DNA of 64,000 nt from Chrysomallon squamiferum (GCA_012295275.1 CM022679.1:22568001-22632000); one strand, 5' to 3'; counted from the first letter of the stretch, positions 17,112 through 35,908 are shown. Notes: a model not told the origin generated them from the sequence alone. Made by a program: numbers and translations.

Positions 17112-17237
17112 CAGAAAATAGCAGCTGATAGCTGGGCGTCACTGTTCTAGGTGAAAGACGTGTAAGGGAGATAAATTGTCATCCAGTATTGAAATGCTCT
17201 TAGAATAATCTTCGTGATCTATTCACTTGTAAAACGA

Positions 17238-17296
<59 letters not shown>

Positions 17297-17947
17297 TTGC
17301 TAGATCCTTTCTAACAGCGTTCTCGGTAGGGAACAGAAAGGACGCAAGTAATTTGGTTATGGCCCGCGAAGTCGACTTGTATATATAATCTTACAATTGT
17401 GTCAACTTGGTGGGACTATTATTACTGCAATTCAATTTCAGTTCAGTTGATTTATTTCCCAAAGTCAGCATGACTATAAACTCAAAGCAGACAAGAATAC
17501 AGTTATAAAACAGAAACAGTTGTGTAATAGGTTACAGTATACAAACACAGAAGTAAAAAAAAATAAACGTAAGAATTAGGATTATAAAAATATAAACATA
17601 TAGTTGTTTTATATATATATAGTTACAAAATAAATTACATATTTATCAAGATTTCTTAAAGTTTTTATATTTTTTGAAAACAAAAGATTCATTATGTTAA
17701 AAGTAGATGGACTCGTAGAGAAATATTTCATTAAATAAAATAAACATTTTGATGCAAAATGGAATTCATCTTCAATGCCTCCACACACAAACACGCGCGC
17801 GCGCATACACACACGCAGGCACACACACACACACACACACACACACAAGAAAAAAGGTCCACTAAGAAGGTTCGATCCTAGGTGTCAACTATCCCACTAG
17901 AAATACTCTGCCGATCGCTGATTACGTTGTGGGTATTACAGTACTAA

Positions 17948-17980
<33 letters not shown>

Positions 17981-17982
<2 letters not shown>

Positions 17983-18567
17983 ATGTTCCATCTGGTAATA
18001 CAACATCAGCGTCACCCAACTACTCCAACTTCTTGTCAGTTGTGAAGATCAGTATTAGGTCTCCTCCTTCAGTTCGGTGTAGAAAAGGATCTCCTCCCTC
18101 GGTGCGGGTCCTCTCTCCTTCTAAACTGATATCCTGTCTTGTCTGGGGTAGTCGGGGTAGGGTTTTGTGTAGCTGTCGGTATGGTATCGTCTTAATGGCA
18201 CTAAAACGAGGAATCGTGGCTGACAATCCTTTAGGAAAAAAGTCGTGGTTCTTCTTGAGATTGGAAATCTCACCAGTGTAAATCTTAGGAACTGGCGTTG
18301 TTTCCATTTCAGCTCTGTCCATGAGGTTCACCTTAAACGTATCAACAAGCTTAATAAATGACACCGCCGCGTGGTTGTACAGTATCGCGTCTGCCATCTG
18401 GAGCATGTTGTCCACAGTCACAACGTAGGCTCTGCACTGCGACGTAGTACACCTCCAGTAAGTTTTCTCTCCACACTTTCTTTTAAAGCGAAATTTGTGC
18501 TGGTTGTAATACAAATGTCGTGTTTTAACGTGTCCATAAATGTCACTCTAACTCGCGCAGCTGCCAT
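17981..18567 (-). mobile_element. Mutator-like (MULE) transposase pseudogene with FLYWCH zinc finger, 3'-truncated
   Basis: YYNQHKFRFKRKCGEKTYWRCTTSQCRAYV...YNH fits FLYWCH. It continues PRFSAIK...LPRLPQT...LILIFTT..KLE*LGDADVVLPDGTF (first catalytic-Asp DGTF motif) and then breaks into (TAAA)n. There is a frameshift near the N-terminus and one stop. Weak inverted similarity between ~17345-17378 and ~18945-18975 may be the TIRs. Confidence 0.8.
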
Positions 18568-19274
18568 ATTGTTAAATGTGAAATAGTTTTCCATTTTGCT
18601 ATAAAACTTTATATAGATTAAACTGGGAAAAGAACCAATGTTGAAGTGTCTGCTCAATATAAGAGAAAGATAACTTTACTACGCAAAACAGTAAATTGGT
18701 AATGCATAACATGAGCAAATAAACAAAAAATAACAACACTTCGGTATCTACTCAATTAATGGAAGCCTAGTTACATATTCTACAATGGACAGCAATCACC
18801 TAATATTCTACTTCAAGGTTCTCATCTCATTGTTAACAAAAAAGGCGTCTCGTAACTGCAGCGCAGAATTTATAAACCAATTAGATATTTCTACGTCCCG
18901 GGACTTTTATTATTTTACGTCCCAGTACTAATCAAAATAGATTTGTCGACTTTCCGAGCCGATACCGGTAATTTATGTAGATTCTATTTATTTATTTATT
19001 TACAGATAATAAAAAGGATAACAAAAACAACAAGAACACACTGTTTAAAGTGATCTCACTTCCATTAAAAACCTGGGCGTCCTTCTTTAACTTTACTTTT
19101 TCATTAAATTATTTTATTTGACCGTTCATTTTTTGAGAACTGCTAAAGAGAACACGACACTTTTGAAGAAAATACAAAGCAGATATAAACATAATTTATT
19201 ATACGCATATACATTCGCAGATACGCATATATTTTTGACATAACCCGCAGAAAGTTTATAACATCGTTTCCGAG

Positions 19275-23959
<4,685 letters not shown>

Positions 23960-23960
<1 letters not shown>

Positions 23961-26900
23961 CGGGTAAATGATTTTACAAAATGAAAACATAATCAATAAA
24001 TTATATATATATATAAAAAATTAAAAATTAAATAAATATATAAATTGACAGTAAGAAGAAAGTCCTTCCAGTCGATGATACCGATTTTCACTAACTTGGC
24101 AAGCGACAGAAAGATTAATTTTAATATGAATAGTTGGAGAAAACCCATAATGTGACCTCGATGACCTAGCAAATAGAAAGGCTTGAAATCGTAAGTGACG
24201 CCACTCGTTTCTTAGAAATACCGCAGTTTCAAGATGGCGTCTCGGACAGGTAGGCGTTACTTTGGGTCTTACTTGTATTGCTTTATCTTGCTGCATTAGC
24301 CCAGATATATCTAATTAGAAAGTTTGGTTACATACAAATTTGTTACATCGAAAGTGTGGTAAACACGTGTATCCTTGTAGCAATTTAATAATAAGCAGCC
24401 TTAACTAAGTAAATTGCCTCTTTAGCAGAGCATAGAAGTAATAAGTAAATGTGTTGATAAACGTAGTTTCATTTCATTTTGAATTTAGGCTATCATCGAC
24501 TTAACATGCAAGAAATGACATGAAATTAGTCATATCTTGAGAATAATTCCTATTTTGTAACACTTCTAGAGACACATACTCTGGTGCGTTTTTTTCTTTT
24601 ACTTATAGATGCATTCACAACCACAACAACAGCACATATAACAATAATACTGCTAATAACAATGATTAAAACAACAACAACAACAACAGTAATAATAATA
24701 ACAATAATAATAATAATAATAAACAAAATGAAAAGATAAGGAATAAGATATATTAAAAAAATATAATTTATTAAATAAAATAATAATTAAAATTAAATAA
24801 ATATTTAAATTAATAATAATAAGAAAGTCCTTCCAGTCGTTGATACAGATTTTCACTAACTTGGCAAGCAACAGCAAGTTTAGTTTTAAAAATAGATATG
24901 ATTAGTGAGGCAAAACACGTAATGTGACCTCGATGACGTAGCAAATAGAGAGTTCCAAGTTGTCACTGGCAACTGCATTTCTTAGAACTCCCGCACTTTC
25001 AAGATGGCGTCTCGGACAGGTAGGCGTTACTTTGCGTCTTACTTGTATTGCTTTATCTTGCTGCATTAGCCCAGATGTATTTAATAATAAGATTTTGGTT
25101 ACATACACATTTATTTTGTCTTCAAATCTTTTCTAATTTTATTATTATTATTATTAGCGTCATGATTATCATCATTCATTATCTGTATTTATGGTTTATT
25201 CCAGATATCTTTCTTTTTCTTCTCTGCTTAAAGCAGCATTTTTATTTGTCTTTCTACGCATGCGTTTATGACGTCAATGTCTCCTGATACATGCATCTTA
25301 TTGGATAATTATGATATCATATTAAGAGGAGACATTAATAGTTTCACGATGGCGTCTCCAACAGGCAAATCTTTTAGGTGTTATATCTATCGATTTATCT
25401 ATTGATTTGTCTTTCTCGTTTATCAAACGTATAGCGCTGAAGAAAAAAGTGCGGCAAATACATGTATTCTTGAAGCAATTTAATAACAAGCACCTTTAAC
25501 TGAGTAAATTGCCTCTTTATCAGAGAAGTAATAAGTAAATGTGTTTATAAACGTAGTTTCATTTCATTTTGAAGTTAGGCAATCATCCATTTAACACTAG
25601 CAGAAATGGTATCAAATTAGTTATATCTCGAGAATAATTCCTATTTTCTAACACTTCTAGAGACACGTACTCTGGTGGGATTTTTTATTTTATTTATGCA
25701 GGAAATCACAACCACAATATAACAACAGCAGATATAACAATGATACTAATAATAATGATTATAGCAACAACAACAGTAATAATAATAATAAACGGTAAAT
25801 GTTTTTACAAAATCAAAACATAATCAATAAATTATAATGAAAAAATAATAATAATAATAATTTATTAATAAAAATTAAAATTAAATAAATATTTAAATTA
25901 TTAATAATAATAAAGGCGTTCCATTCGATGATATCGATTTTTACTAACTTGGCAACAGCAAGTTTAGTTTTGAAAGTAGATATGATTAGTGGGGTAAAAC
26001 ACGTAATGTGACCTCGATGACGTAGCAAATAGAGAGTTCCATGTTGTCACTGGCAACCGCATTTCTTAGAACTCCCGCAGTTTCAAGATGGCGTCTCGAT
26101 CAGGTAGCAAATAGAGACTCCGATTTGTCAATGACACCTGCGTTTCTTAGAAATCTCGCAGTTTCAAAATGGCGTCTCCGATAGGCAAATCTTTTAGGTG
26201 TTATAGCTATTGATTTATGTATTGATTTCTCTTTCTCATTTATCAAACTTACAGTGCTAAAAAGAAAGTGCGGCAAATACATGTATTCTTGTAGCAATTT
26301 AATAATAAGCAGCGTTAACTAAGTAAACTGCGTCTTTATCAGAGCATAGAAGCAATAAGTAAATGTGTTGATAAACATAGTTTCATTTCATTTTGAAGTT
26401 AGGCAATCGTCGATTTAACATAGCAGAAATGATATCAAATTAGTCATATCTCAAGAATAATTCCTATTTTGTAACACTTCTAGAGACAGGTACTCTGGTG
26501 TTGTTGTTTTTTTTTTTTTTTTTTTTTTTTATTTACGCATGCAATCACAACCACAATATAACAACAGCAGATATAACAATGATACTAATAATAACGATTA
26601 TTGCAACAACAACAGTAATAATAATAACAATAATAATAATAATAAACGGTAAATGTTTTTAAAAAATCAAATCATATTAAATAAATTATAATGAAACAAA
26701 AAATAATAATAATGTATTAATAAAAATTAGAATTAAAATTAAATAAATATTTAAATTAATAATAAGAAGAAAGGCGTTCCAGTCGATGATATCGATTTTT
26801 ATTAACTTGGCAACAGGAAGTTTAGTTTTAAAAATAGATATGATTAGTGGGGTAAAACACGTCACGTGACCTCGATGACGTAGCAAATAGAGAGTCCAAG

Positions 26901-28020
26901 TTGTCACTGGCAACCGCATTTCTTAGAACTCCGCAGTTTCAAGATGGCGTCTCAGACAGGTAGGCGTTACTTTGCGTCTTACTTGTATTGCTTTATCTTG
27001 CTGCATTAGCCCAGATGTATTTAATTAGAATGTTTGGTTACATACAAATTTGTTTTCTCTTCACATCTTTCGTGATTTTATGGTCATTATTATTAGCGTC
27101 ATGATTATCATCATTCATTATCTGTATTTATGGTTTATTCCAGATATCTTTCTTTTTCTTCTCTGCTGTCTTAAAGCAGCATTTTTATTTGCCTTTTTAC
27201 GCATGCATTTATGTCGTCAGTGTCTCCTGATACTAGTATTTTATTGGATAATTATGATATCATGTAATGAGGAATCATTAATAGTTTCAAGATGGCGTCT
27301 CTGCCAGGCAAATCTTTTAGGTGTTATATCTATTGATTTATGAATTGATTTCTCTTTCTCATTTATCAAACTTACAGTGCTAAAATGAAAGTGCGGCAAA
27401 TACATGTATTCTTGTAGCAATTTAATAATAAGCAGCCTCTTTATCAGAGAATAGAAGTAATAAGTAAATGTGTTGATAAACATAGTTTCATTTCATTTTG
27501 AAGTTAGGCAATCATCGATTTAACAAGTCAGAAATTATATCAAATTAGTCATATCTCAAGAATAATTCCTATTTTGTAACACTTCTAGAGACACGTACTC
27601 TGGTGGGTGTTTTTTAATTTTATTTACGCAGGAAATCATAACCACAATATAACAACAGCAGATATAAGAATGATACTAATAATAATGATTATAGCAACAA
27701 CAACAGTAATAATAATAAACGGTAAATGTTTTTAAAAAATCAAAACATAATCAATAAATTAAAATGAAAAAAAAAAAAATAATAATGTATTAATAAAAAT
27801 TAAAATTAAAATTAAATAAATATTTAAATTAATAATAAGAAGAAAGGCGTTCCAGTCGATGATATCGATTTTTAGTAACTTGGCAACAGGAAGTTTTGTT
27901 TTAAAAATAGATATGATTATTGAGGCAAAACACGTAATGTGACCTCGATGACGTAACAAATAGAGAGTTCCAAGTTGTCACTGGCAACCGCATTTCTTAG
28001 AACTCCCGCAGTTTCAACAT
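23960..28020. repeat. Tandem array of 4-5 mosaic ~0.8-1.1 kb units
   Basis: Repeated blocks: gtgacctcgatgacgtagcaaatagagag, ttcaagatggcgtctc, aagtaaatgtgttgataaac, gaataattcctattttgtaacacttctagagacac. An inverted homolog lies at ~1150-1600. Confidence 0.85.
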
Positions 28021-28031
28021 AAGCTAATAGG

Positions 28032-28062
<31 letters not shown>

Positions 28063-28079
28063 AATAAAAAGAATAAAAA

Positions 28080-28415
28080 AAGATTATAAAAAATAAATCG
28101 ATGCACTAACATATCCTCAGCCTTCTATAATCAATTACGTGTTTTATTATTATTATTATTATTTTATTATTTTATTTATTTATTTATTTATTTATTTATA
28201 TAATTAGAATAGTTATGGATTTATGATAGGAAGTTTATTTTCCAGTCTGTGATATTAATTTTCACTAAATTTTCAACCAACAGTAAATCATTTTAAAAAT
28301 AGAAATGATTATTGGGGAAGACCGTAATCTCAGTAAGAGAGACGTCATTTGAGTTGTCTTATCTTGATGATTCAGGCGACAAATATTTAATCTAGACATT
28401 TTAAATACATGTCAG

Positions 28416-28446
<31 letters not shown>

Positions 28447-28662
28447 GATAGATAGATAGATAGATAGATCTTCATATCATTCAGAATAGTCCTGATATGT
28501 TTTATTTTCATGTCTTTCATCATATTTTTTAGTTTTATCTTTATGTCATTATCATACGCTACTTAGAACTGAATGAGTGCTATTCTAGGTCAAAACAGTT
28601 ATTTTAATATTGTATGTGAAATTTCATTTACTGACTGTTCTTGCTATTGTTGTTGTTATAAT

Positions 28663-28697
<35 letters not shown>

Positions 28698-29220
28698 CTT
28701 ACTTACTTACTTTTACCTCCAATTAATATTGAAAATGTAATACATTTTTTCCCACTTTTCCCAGTATTTACATAATGCATGTGAAATTGCAAATCGAAAT
28801 TCCACTTTCTTCTCTTCATTTTAATTACTAAACAAGAAATTAAGTTCATTTATCATTTCTGATTTAATCTTTAAAATAATAAATAGTAATAAAACAATAT
28901 TATCTTTTTCATGATTCGGCCTGTGTTTTAGTTTCTGTTCTTTTCGTTATCGTATTTTTATTTTTATTATAATAAAATAAAAACTCAAAGCAATGAAATA
29001 ATAAATAAATGTATGCACTAATCATGAGAATAAAATAAACAAACGTAAATAAAAAAATAAAATAAGTAAAATAAAATTAAATAAAAAAATGAAGAATAAA
29101 TTTATAAATTAATAATAAAAATAGAAATTAATAGAAATAAATCAATACATAAAACAAACCGTATAATCTTTTAAATACAGACATCCACAGCATACGTATA
29201 TTCTGCAATTCCCTGCTTTG

Positions 29221-29296
<76 letters not shown>

Positions 29297-29730
29297 TTAT
29301 TTATTTATTTATTTATTTTTATTATTATTATTATTATTTTTTTTACATTAAATAATTATTGTTACGGCTTTAGCTAGTAAGCTGATCCAGTCTGTGATGT
29401 TTATTTTCACTAAGTAGTAAATCATTTTAAAAATAGATATTATAGTTGGGGAAAACCATAATCTGACCTCGATGACGTATCGCTCAGTTAGTATCGCTCA
29501 TTCAAGATGGCGTCTCGGATAGGAAGGCGTTCCTTCAGTCGTTTTACTTTGTTGATTTAGGCGACATTTATTTAATCTAAACATTTTGCAAACATTTAGC
29601 TTTCTTTTATCTTTAAATCATTGATAATTGTCCTGATATGTTTTAGTTTTCATATCTTTCATAATATTCTTTTGTATTATCATTACATCATTACAAGCGA
29701 CTTAAAACTGATGAGTGCAGGTCAAATTAG
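28080..29730. repeat. Two diverged inverted copies of window positions ~1-480
   Basis: 28480-28595 and 29615-29727 match the reverse complement of 1-120 (cctgatat..ttttattttcat.tctttcat..tgagtgc..ggtcaaa); 28095-28320 matches 260-470. Confidence 0.75.
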
Positions 29731-29764
29731 TTATTTTAGTACAAAATATTTAATACAATAACAT

Positions 29765-29795
<31 letters not shown>

Positions 29796-30369
29796 CACTC
29801 ACAGTCTTTTTCTTTTACTATTTTTCTTCCAGTTAATTCATATAAATACTTATTGTTTTTCACTATGCTCATTATTTTCATAAGAAATGGAAATCGAAAT
29901 TCCACACAATCCAATTTCTCCGTTTTTCTTAATTAATACACAAGAAATTATGTTCATTTATCATTTCTGATTAAGTTTTTAAAATCATAAACAGTAATAA
30001 AACAATATTATTATTTTAATGAATCCGCGTTTGTTTTTCTTTTTATTCTTTTTGTCTTGGTATTTTCATTTTTATTTCCCTCTTCCTGTTTTGACGGGTG
30101 TTCTGATTCGGGCGCTGGTAACAGTTTTCTTATAAACGGTTATATTTATAATCTGTATCTGCGACTGGCTGATAAATTAAGTGACACTCGCTAACGTTTC
30201 ATTGGACGGTTATGACATCGTCGAATTAGCTATGTTCACCTTGGTGATTTAAGGGAATTATGTTGCAAACTAAGTGGTATTAGTTTTACATACACATAGA
30301 GTAGTTTATTAACATATTTCTTTTACTGAATTATTTACGTATTTAATATGTAGTATAGATATCTTAAGT

Positions 30370-30512
30370 CAGGGGTGCCCAATACATCGATCGAATGACA
30401 CTAAAAAATAGCCTATCATCCATCCTGCAGCCATAATAAATGTTTTGCGTTTTTATTGTTGGTAGATCATTTAAAAAGTACATCGCAAGCCAAACAAGTG
30501 TGGGCACCCCTG
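30370..30512. mobile_element. hAT (Charlie-like) MITE, 143 bp
   Basis: Perfect 12-bp TIRs CAGGGGTGCCCA / TGGGCACCCCTG. The flanks tcttaagt and atctaagt resemble a degraded 8-bp TSD. Confidence 0.75.
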
Positions 30513-30825
30513 ATCTAAGTAAACAATATGTTGCGAATGATTTCTACTTCTAGTCTTATGTTGTTGTTTATGTTTTACTGATGTTCTCAATTCATGACCT
30601 TAATTATGTTTGTTGGTCAGTTATTAATTATTTGAATGATATTATTTCAGTGAATGATTTGCGAATATTTTGATTTATTCAGCAAAGACGAAAAACAATT
30701 AAGAATCCTACAAAACAAAAACAACAATAATTTAGAAAAGAAAATATAAAGAGAGAAAGATAGAAAACGAGAAAAATATCATCATCATCATCATCATTAT
30801 TATTATTATTATTATTAACTTTCAG

Positions 30826-30876
30826 ACTTCCGTTCGAGACAAATTTTGAAACATAGACGTAAAAAATCCACTAAAT
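30826..30876 (+). CDS. Candidate 5' symmetric phase-1 exon (51 bp), basic peptide
   Basis: actttcag|AC TTC...ACT AAA T|gtaagt; open frame FRSRQILKHRRKKSTK. Confidence 0.5.
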
Positions 30877-30965
30877 GTAAGTAAATGCTTATTGCTAGTT
30901 TTGAACATACGACACCAATTATTATCGATTGTTATTACGATTATTATTATTTTTATTATTATTAC

Positions 30966-31019
<54 letters not shown>

Positions 31020-31047
31020 GATTATTACTTTTTTTATTATTATTACG

Positions 31048-31116
<69 letters not shown>

Positions 31117-31304
31117 TTAATTTTGTATTGAGCTGTGAGTAAATTAGATTGGATTATAGCTTATTAATTCATTATTGTTTAAACAATGGTGAGATAGTTA
31201 GACTGGATTATAAATATATTTATTTATTATTTTTCTTTAATCCAGTGGTGTGGTAATTGCACTGGATTATAATAAATAATTATATATATATTTTTTTTTT
31301 TCAG

Positions 31305-31385
31305 CGATTATTTTAATTGTATTACTGGCACACGATTTCGCAACTTCCACTGGAGTTTCCGAATCAATTTTTGAAAAAAATATCA
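31305..31385 (+). CDS. Candidate symmetric phase-1 exon (81 bp), hydrophobic signal-like stretch
   Basis: ttttttcag|CG ATT...AAT ATC A|gtgaga; (S)IILIVLLAHDFATSTGVSESIFEKNI, in frame with 30826-30876. Confidence 0.5.
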
Positions 31386-32961
31386 GTGAGATTTTAATTT
31401 TCTCTATTTCATTTTGCTTGTTCATTTTATCAAAACAGCCTTTAAAATACTGACCCAGAATATTCTCTGTATGTAAGATCTACAACGACTATACCGGAAC
31501 TTTAGTCCTATTTATGAAGCTTTACAAAGGATAACAATAGTTTAGAATAAATGCTAAATTAAGTTGTATCTTCACTAATGACAGCATTTCCTAAATTATG
31601 ATATACTTCAAAAAATATTTACTGTATCTTCTTAAAACATATTCCATAATAAATTATATCATTAGATTATGCCTTATAAGACACGTACGTATTATACAAT
31701 TAGACATCCAACACACTGCGTAAACTCGAACATTGAAGACTTCAGTATTACTGAACTAATGACTCATAGCACCAGAGGGGTACTTGCAGAACTGCAAGAT
31801 ATTATTTGTGACTGATAATTTCAAATACTAAATGTGTGTATGTATATATGTACATATTTTCACTGTGACAATTTGTCAGTCATGATACAAACACATATAA
31901 TCATACACAGGGTGTACTGGAAAAATCTCTTCACTCTGTAGAAACGTTAGGCCGAAATTAGCTTTGTAAAGGCGAAAAAAACGAAGACAATACGACATTA
32001 CCAAGCCACTGGCAGAAATTAAAATTAAACAACTTCATGCATACACTGATATTTTCATCATACAGATTGATGCCATAAATGATAATAGTGATTTAACAAC
32101 AGTTTTATCCTTATGTTTGTTTACGATTACTTGCAGCCGGCTTTCTCGAGTCTCGGTCAGTTGTAATCTTTTCTGTTTATGTGATTGTGTGCAGTCAGTT
32201 ATCACGTCTTTCTCAGTTTAATTTGTACACAAGTTTAAAAGAACTGTTTATAGTCAAACCCTAACCACAAGAAATCATTTTTCCAGCTATTCATAGTTGG
32301 TCATATGATCGCTTTCTCCGTAACATAGGCGAAAGGTCTATATCAGTTAATGAAGTGATATAGAAAGAAATTTGGGTGTACTGTCCTTTAAAAATTACAT
32401 AGAAACACAGAAGGCGTATTAATCTTTTTCATTACAGTTTCATGTCCTTGAAAGCAATGGAAACAAAGGAAATTCGCTGTCCAGTAGCAAAATGTATTCA
32501 GGTGGTCATCGGATACAAATGGAAACAAAATATACCGATATATGCAACATACAAGTTATAAAAACAAATAAAAAATAAAAAATAAAATAATATAAAAATG
32601 AAAAAAAGAATAGACTTACAACTATTATCGTTGAAGGTACAACGACATTAATAACAGTAGGGCTCACTTCTTCCAGTCGAGTGAATCATTCATTTTATTC
32701 CCCTTGGAAAAATTTAATAATCCATGAGCTCGTCAATGTAACAAGCCTGTATATGCAGCACGTAATAACAACATTTAAGAAAATTAAGATGGAGTTGAAG
32801 AATTTGTTGTATATATTAAAGCACTCTCAATAATAGCTTGTTTCATTAACATAATAAACTACTAATTACTTTGAAACACATATTTGGATTTCAGGCTTAA
32901 TGAATCAATAACTTGAAATGTTTTCTCTGTTTCAAACGATTCTTTATTTCTGATTTTCCAG

Positions 32962-33051
32962 AAAAATATATGATGAGAAGCATGCAAGAAATCCCAATAT
33001 TAAATATTGAAAACAAAGCACAAATTTTCATTATTCAAAAAATCAATTCAG
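32962..33051 (+). pseudogene. Cassette exon A1 (90 bp, phase 1-1) with mutated donor
   Basis: ttccag|AA AAA TAT...AAT TCA G|attagt, where the sister copies have gttagt. Open frame EKYMMRSMQEIPILNIENKAQIFIIQKINS. Confidence 0.65.
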
Positions 33052-33073
33052 ATTAGTACTAATTTCGTTCATG

Positions 33074-33160
<87 letters not shown>

Positions 33161-34347
33161 ATCTATCTATCTATCTAGCTCTCTCTCTGTCTGTGTTTGT
33201 GACTGTTTATCTACATCTATCTGTTACTCTGTACACAGACACAGACAGACATATATATATATATATATATATATATGTTTATTTATTTATTTGTTTGTTA
33301 TTCGTTTTATTTTATTGATTTATTTATTTAGTTTTGTCAAATGCAAAGTCTTTCTTCGCCACAAGAAAATGCTTCACAGTTGCTAATGATTATTTAACTG
33401 AAATGTCCATCATATGTCGTTATCAATTCATTAGAGAACGCAAATCATCATTGTCTTTCTTGTTGCTTATAAACAAGGATTTCTTAATGTAAGAAATAAC
33501 TAAAAATAGGAATTATTATTCGACATAAAGCTTCAAGTCGCTAACGTATCCATTTCCACTGGGTTCGAGAGGAAGCTTTATAATTTAACACGAAAAGAAT
33601 GATAAGGTCATTCCCAGTACAACAGTTTAAATATATCTATATTTATAATTAAAAATAAAATAAGTTATTGGTAAAACAAACTTTACAAGTTTATGCCATT
33701 ATACAAAGAAAAGAAATTGATGAAATTTTAATACCTCCTTTAAAGAATGAAGTATCTTACTTATTAAGAAATTGAAGTAGCCATCAGACCCAATATAATT
33801 TCAGAAAACAAGAAATCATTTTTTTAAATGTTATTATTTACTTCACCCTTACCAAAATTATAGTTAGATTCATTTAGCTGTGTTTTCTTAAACTTTCTTC
33901 TTCTTCCTCTTGTTCTTTTACGCTCCCCACGGACAATTCATGCATTGCAAACGACTTCTATAAAAGTAATCTTAATTTCTATTTACTTTCTATCTAATTA
34001 ATAATATCGGCAGTTCAGTCCAGTAATGGCAAAGATGTTATTCGATAACAATATACAAATATAATTTACAATATTTATCTGGAAATTTTAAAGAAAAATG
34101 TAATAATCCATGAGCTCGTTAATGTAACAAGCCTATATATGCAGCACGTAATAACAACATTTAAGAAAATTAAGATGGAGTTGAAGAATTTTTTGTATAT
34201 ATTAAAGCACTCTCAATAATAGCTTGTTTCATTAACATAATAAACTACTAATTACTTTGAAACACATATTTGGATTTCAGGCTTAATGAATCAATAACTT
34301 GAAATGTTTTCTCTGTTTCAAACGATTCTTTATTTTTGATTTTCCAG

Positions 34348-34437
34348 AAAAATATATGATGAGAAGCATGAAAGAAATTCCAAGAGTAAATATTGAAAAC
34401 AAAGCAAAAGTTTTCATTATTCAAATATTCAATTCAG
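34348..34437 (+). CDS. Cassette exon A2 (90 bp, phase 1-1)
   Basis: ttccag|...|gttagt; EKYMMRSMKEIPRVNIENKAKVFIIQIFNS. Confidence 0.75.
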
Positions 34438-34459
34438 GTTAGTACTAATTTCGTTCATG

Positions 34460-34568
<109 letters not shown>

Positions 34569-35713
34569 AGCTCTCTCTCTGTGTTTGTGACTGTTTATCT
34601 ACATCTATCTGTTACTCTGTACACAGACACAGACAGACATATATATATATATATATATATGTTTATTTATTTATTTGTTTGTTATTCGTTTTATTTTATT
34701 GATTTATTTATTTAGTTTTGTCAAATGCAAAGTCTTTCTTCGCCACAAGAAAATGCTTCACAGTTTTGGATTATTTAACTGAAATGTCCATCATATGTCG
34801 TTATCAATTCATTAGAGAACGCAAATCATCATTGTCTTTCTTGTTGCTTATAAACAAGGATTTCTTAATGTAAGAAATAACTAAAAATAGGAATTATTAT
34901 TCGACATAAAGCTTCAAGTCGCTAACGTATACATTTCCACTGGGTTCTAATTTAACACGAAAAGAATGATAAGGTCATTCCCAGTACAACAGTTTAAATA
35001 TATCTGTATTTATAATTAAAAATAAAATAAGGTATTGGTAAAACAAACTTTACAAGTCTATGCCATTATTCAAAGAAAAGAAATTGATGAAATTTTAATA
35101 TCTCCTTTAAAGAATGAAGTATCTTACTTATTAAGAAATTGAAGTAGCCATCAGACCCAATATAATTTCAGAAAACAAGAAATCATTTTTTAAATCTTAT
35201 TATTTACTTCACCCTTACCAAAATTATAGTTAGATTCATTTAGCTGTGTTTTCTTAAACTTTCTTCTTCTTCCTCTTGTTCTTTTACGCTCCCCACGGAC
35301 AATTCATGCATTGCAAACGACTTCTATAAAAGTAATCTTAATTTCTATTTACTTTCTATCTAATTAATAATATCGGCAGTTCAGTCCAGTAATGGCAAAG
35401 ATGTTATTCGATAACAATATACAAATATAATTTACAATATTTATCTGGAAATTTTAAAGAAAAATTTAATAATCCATGAGCTCGTTAATGTAACAAGCCT
35501 ATATATGCAGCACGTAATAACAACATTTAAGAAAATTAAGATGGAGTTGAAGAATTTTTTGTATATATTAAAGCACTCTCAATAATAGCTTGTTTCATTA
35601 ACATAATAAACTACTAATTACTTTGAAACACATATTTGGATTTCAGGCTTAATGAATCAATAACTTGAAATGTTTTCTCTGTTTCAAACGATTCTTTATT
35701 TTTGATTTTCCAG

Positions 35714-35803
35714 AAAAAGATATGATGAGAAGCATGGAAGAAATTCCAATAGTAAAAATTGAAAACAAAACACAAATTTTCATTATTCAAATATTCAATT
35801 CAG
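35714..35803 (+). CDS. Cassette exon A3 (90 bp, phase 1-1)
   Basis: ttccag|...|gttagt; EKDMMRSMEEIPIVKIENKTQIFIIQIFNS. Confidence 0.75.
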
Positions 35804-35825
35804 GTTAGTACTAATTTCGTTCATG

Positions 35826-35908
<83 letters not shown>

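Noticed and set aside
24021-27959. Recurrent minus-strand ORFs (MQQDKAIQVR..., MLRHRGHITCF...)
   Set aside because: Frames and splice sites are not conserved among the repeat copies; treated as non-coding tandem repeat.
31439-31950. Additional small exons (31439-31468 or 31472, from 31704, from 31911)
   Set aside because: Several mutually incompatible phase solutions and a 53-bp intron; not resolvable without transcripts.
32438-32636. Possible exon linking the 5' exons to the A cassettes
   Set aside because: The acceptor is plausible, but the frame reaching the phase-1 donor at 32637 has two TAA stops and the alternative donor at 32502 is weak. It cannot be supported.
33330-34347. Cassette intron as a decayed transposase or recombinase gene
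   Set aside because: The frames I translated on both strands have many stops and no recognisable motif.
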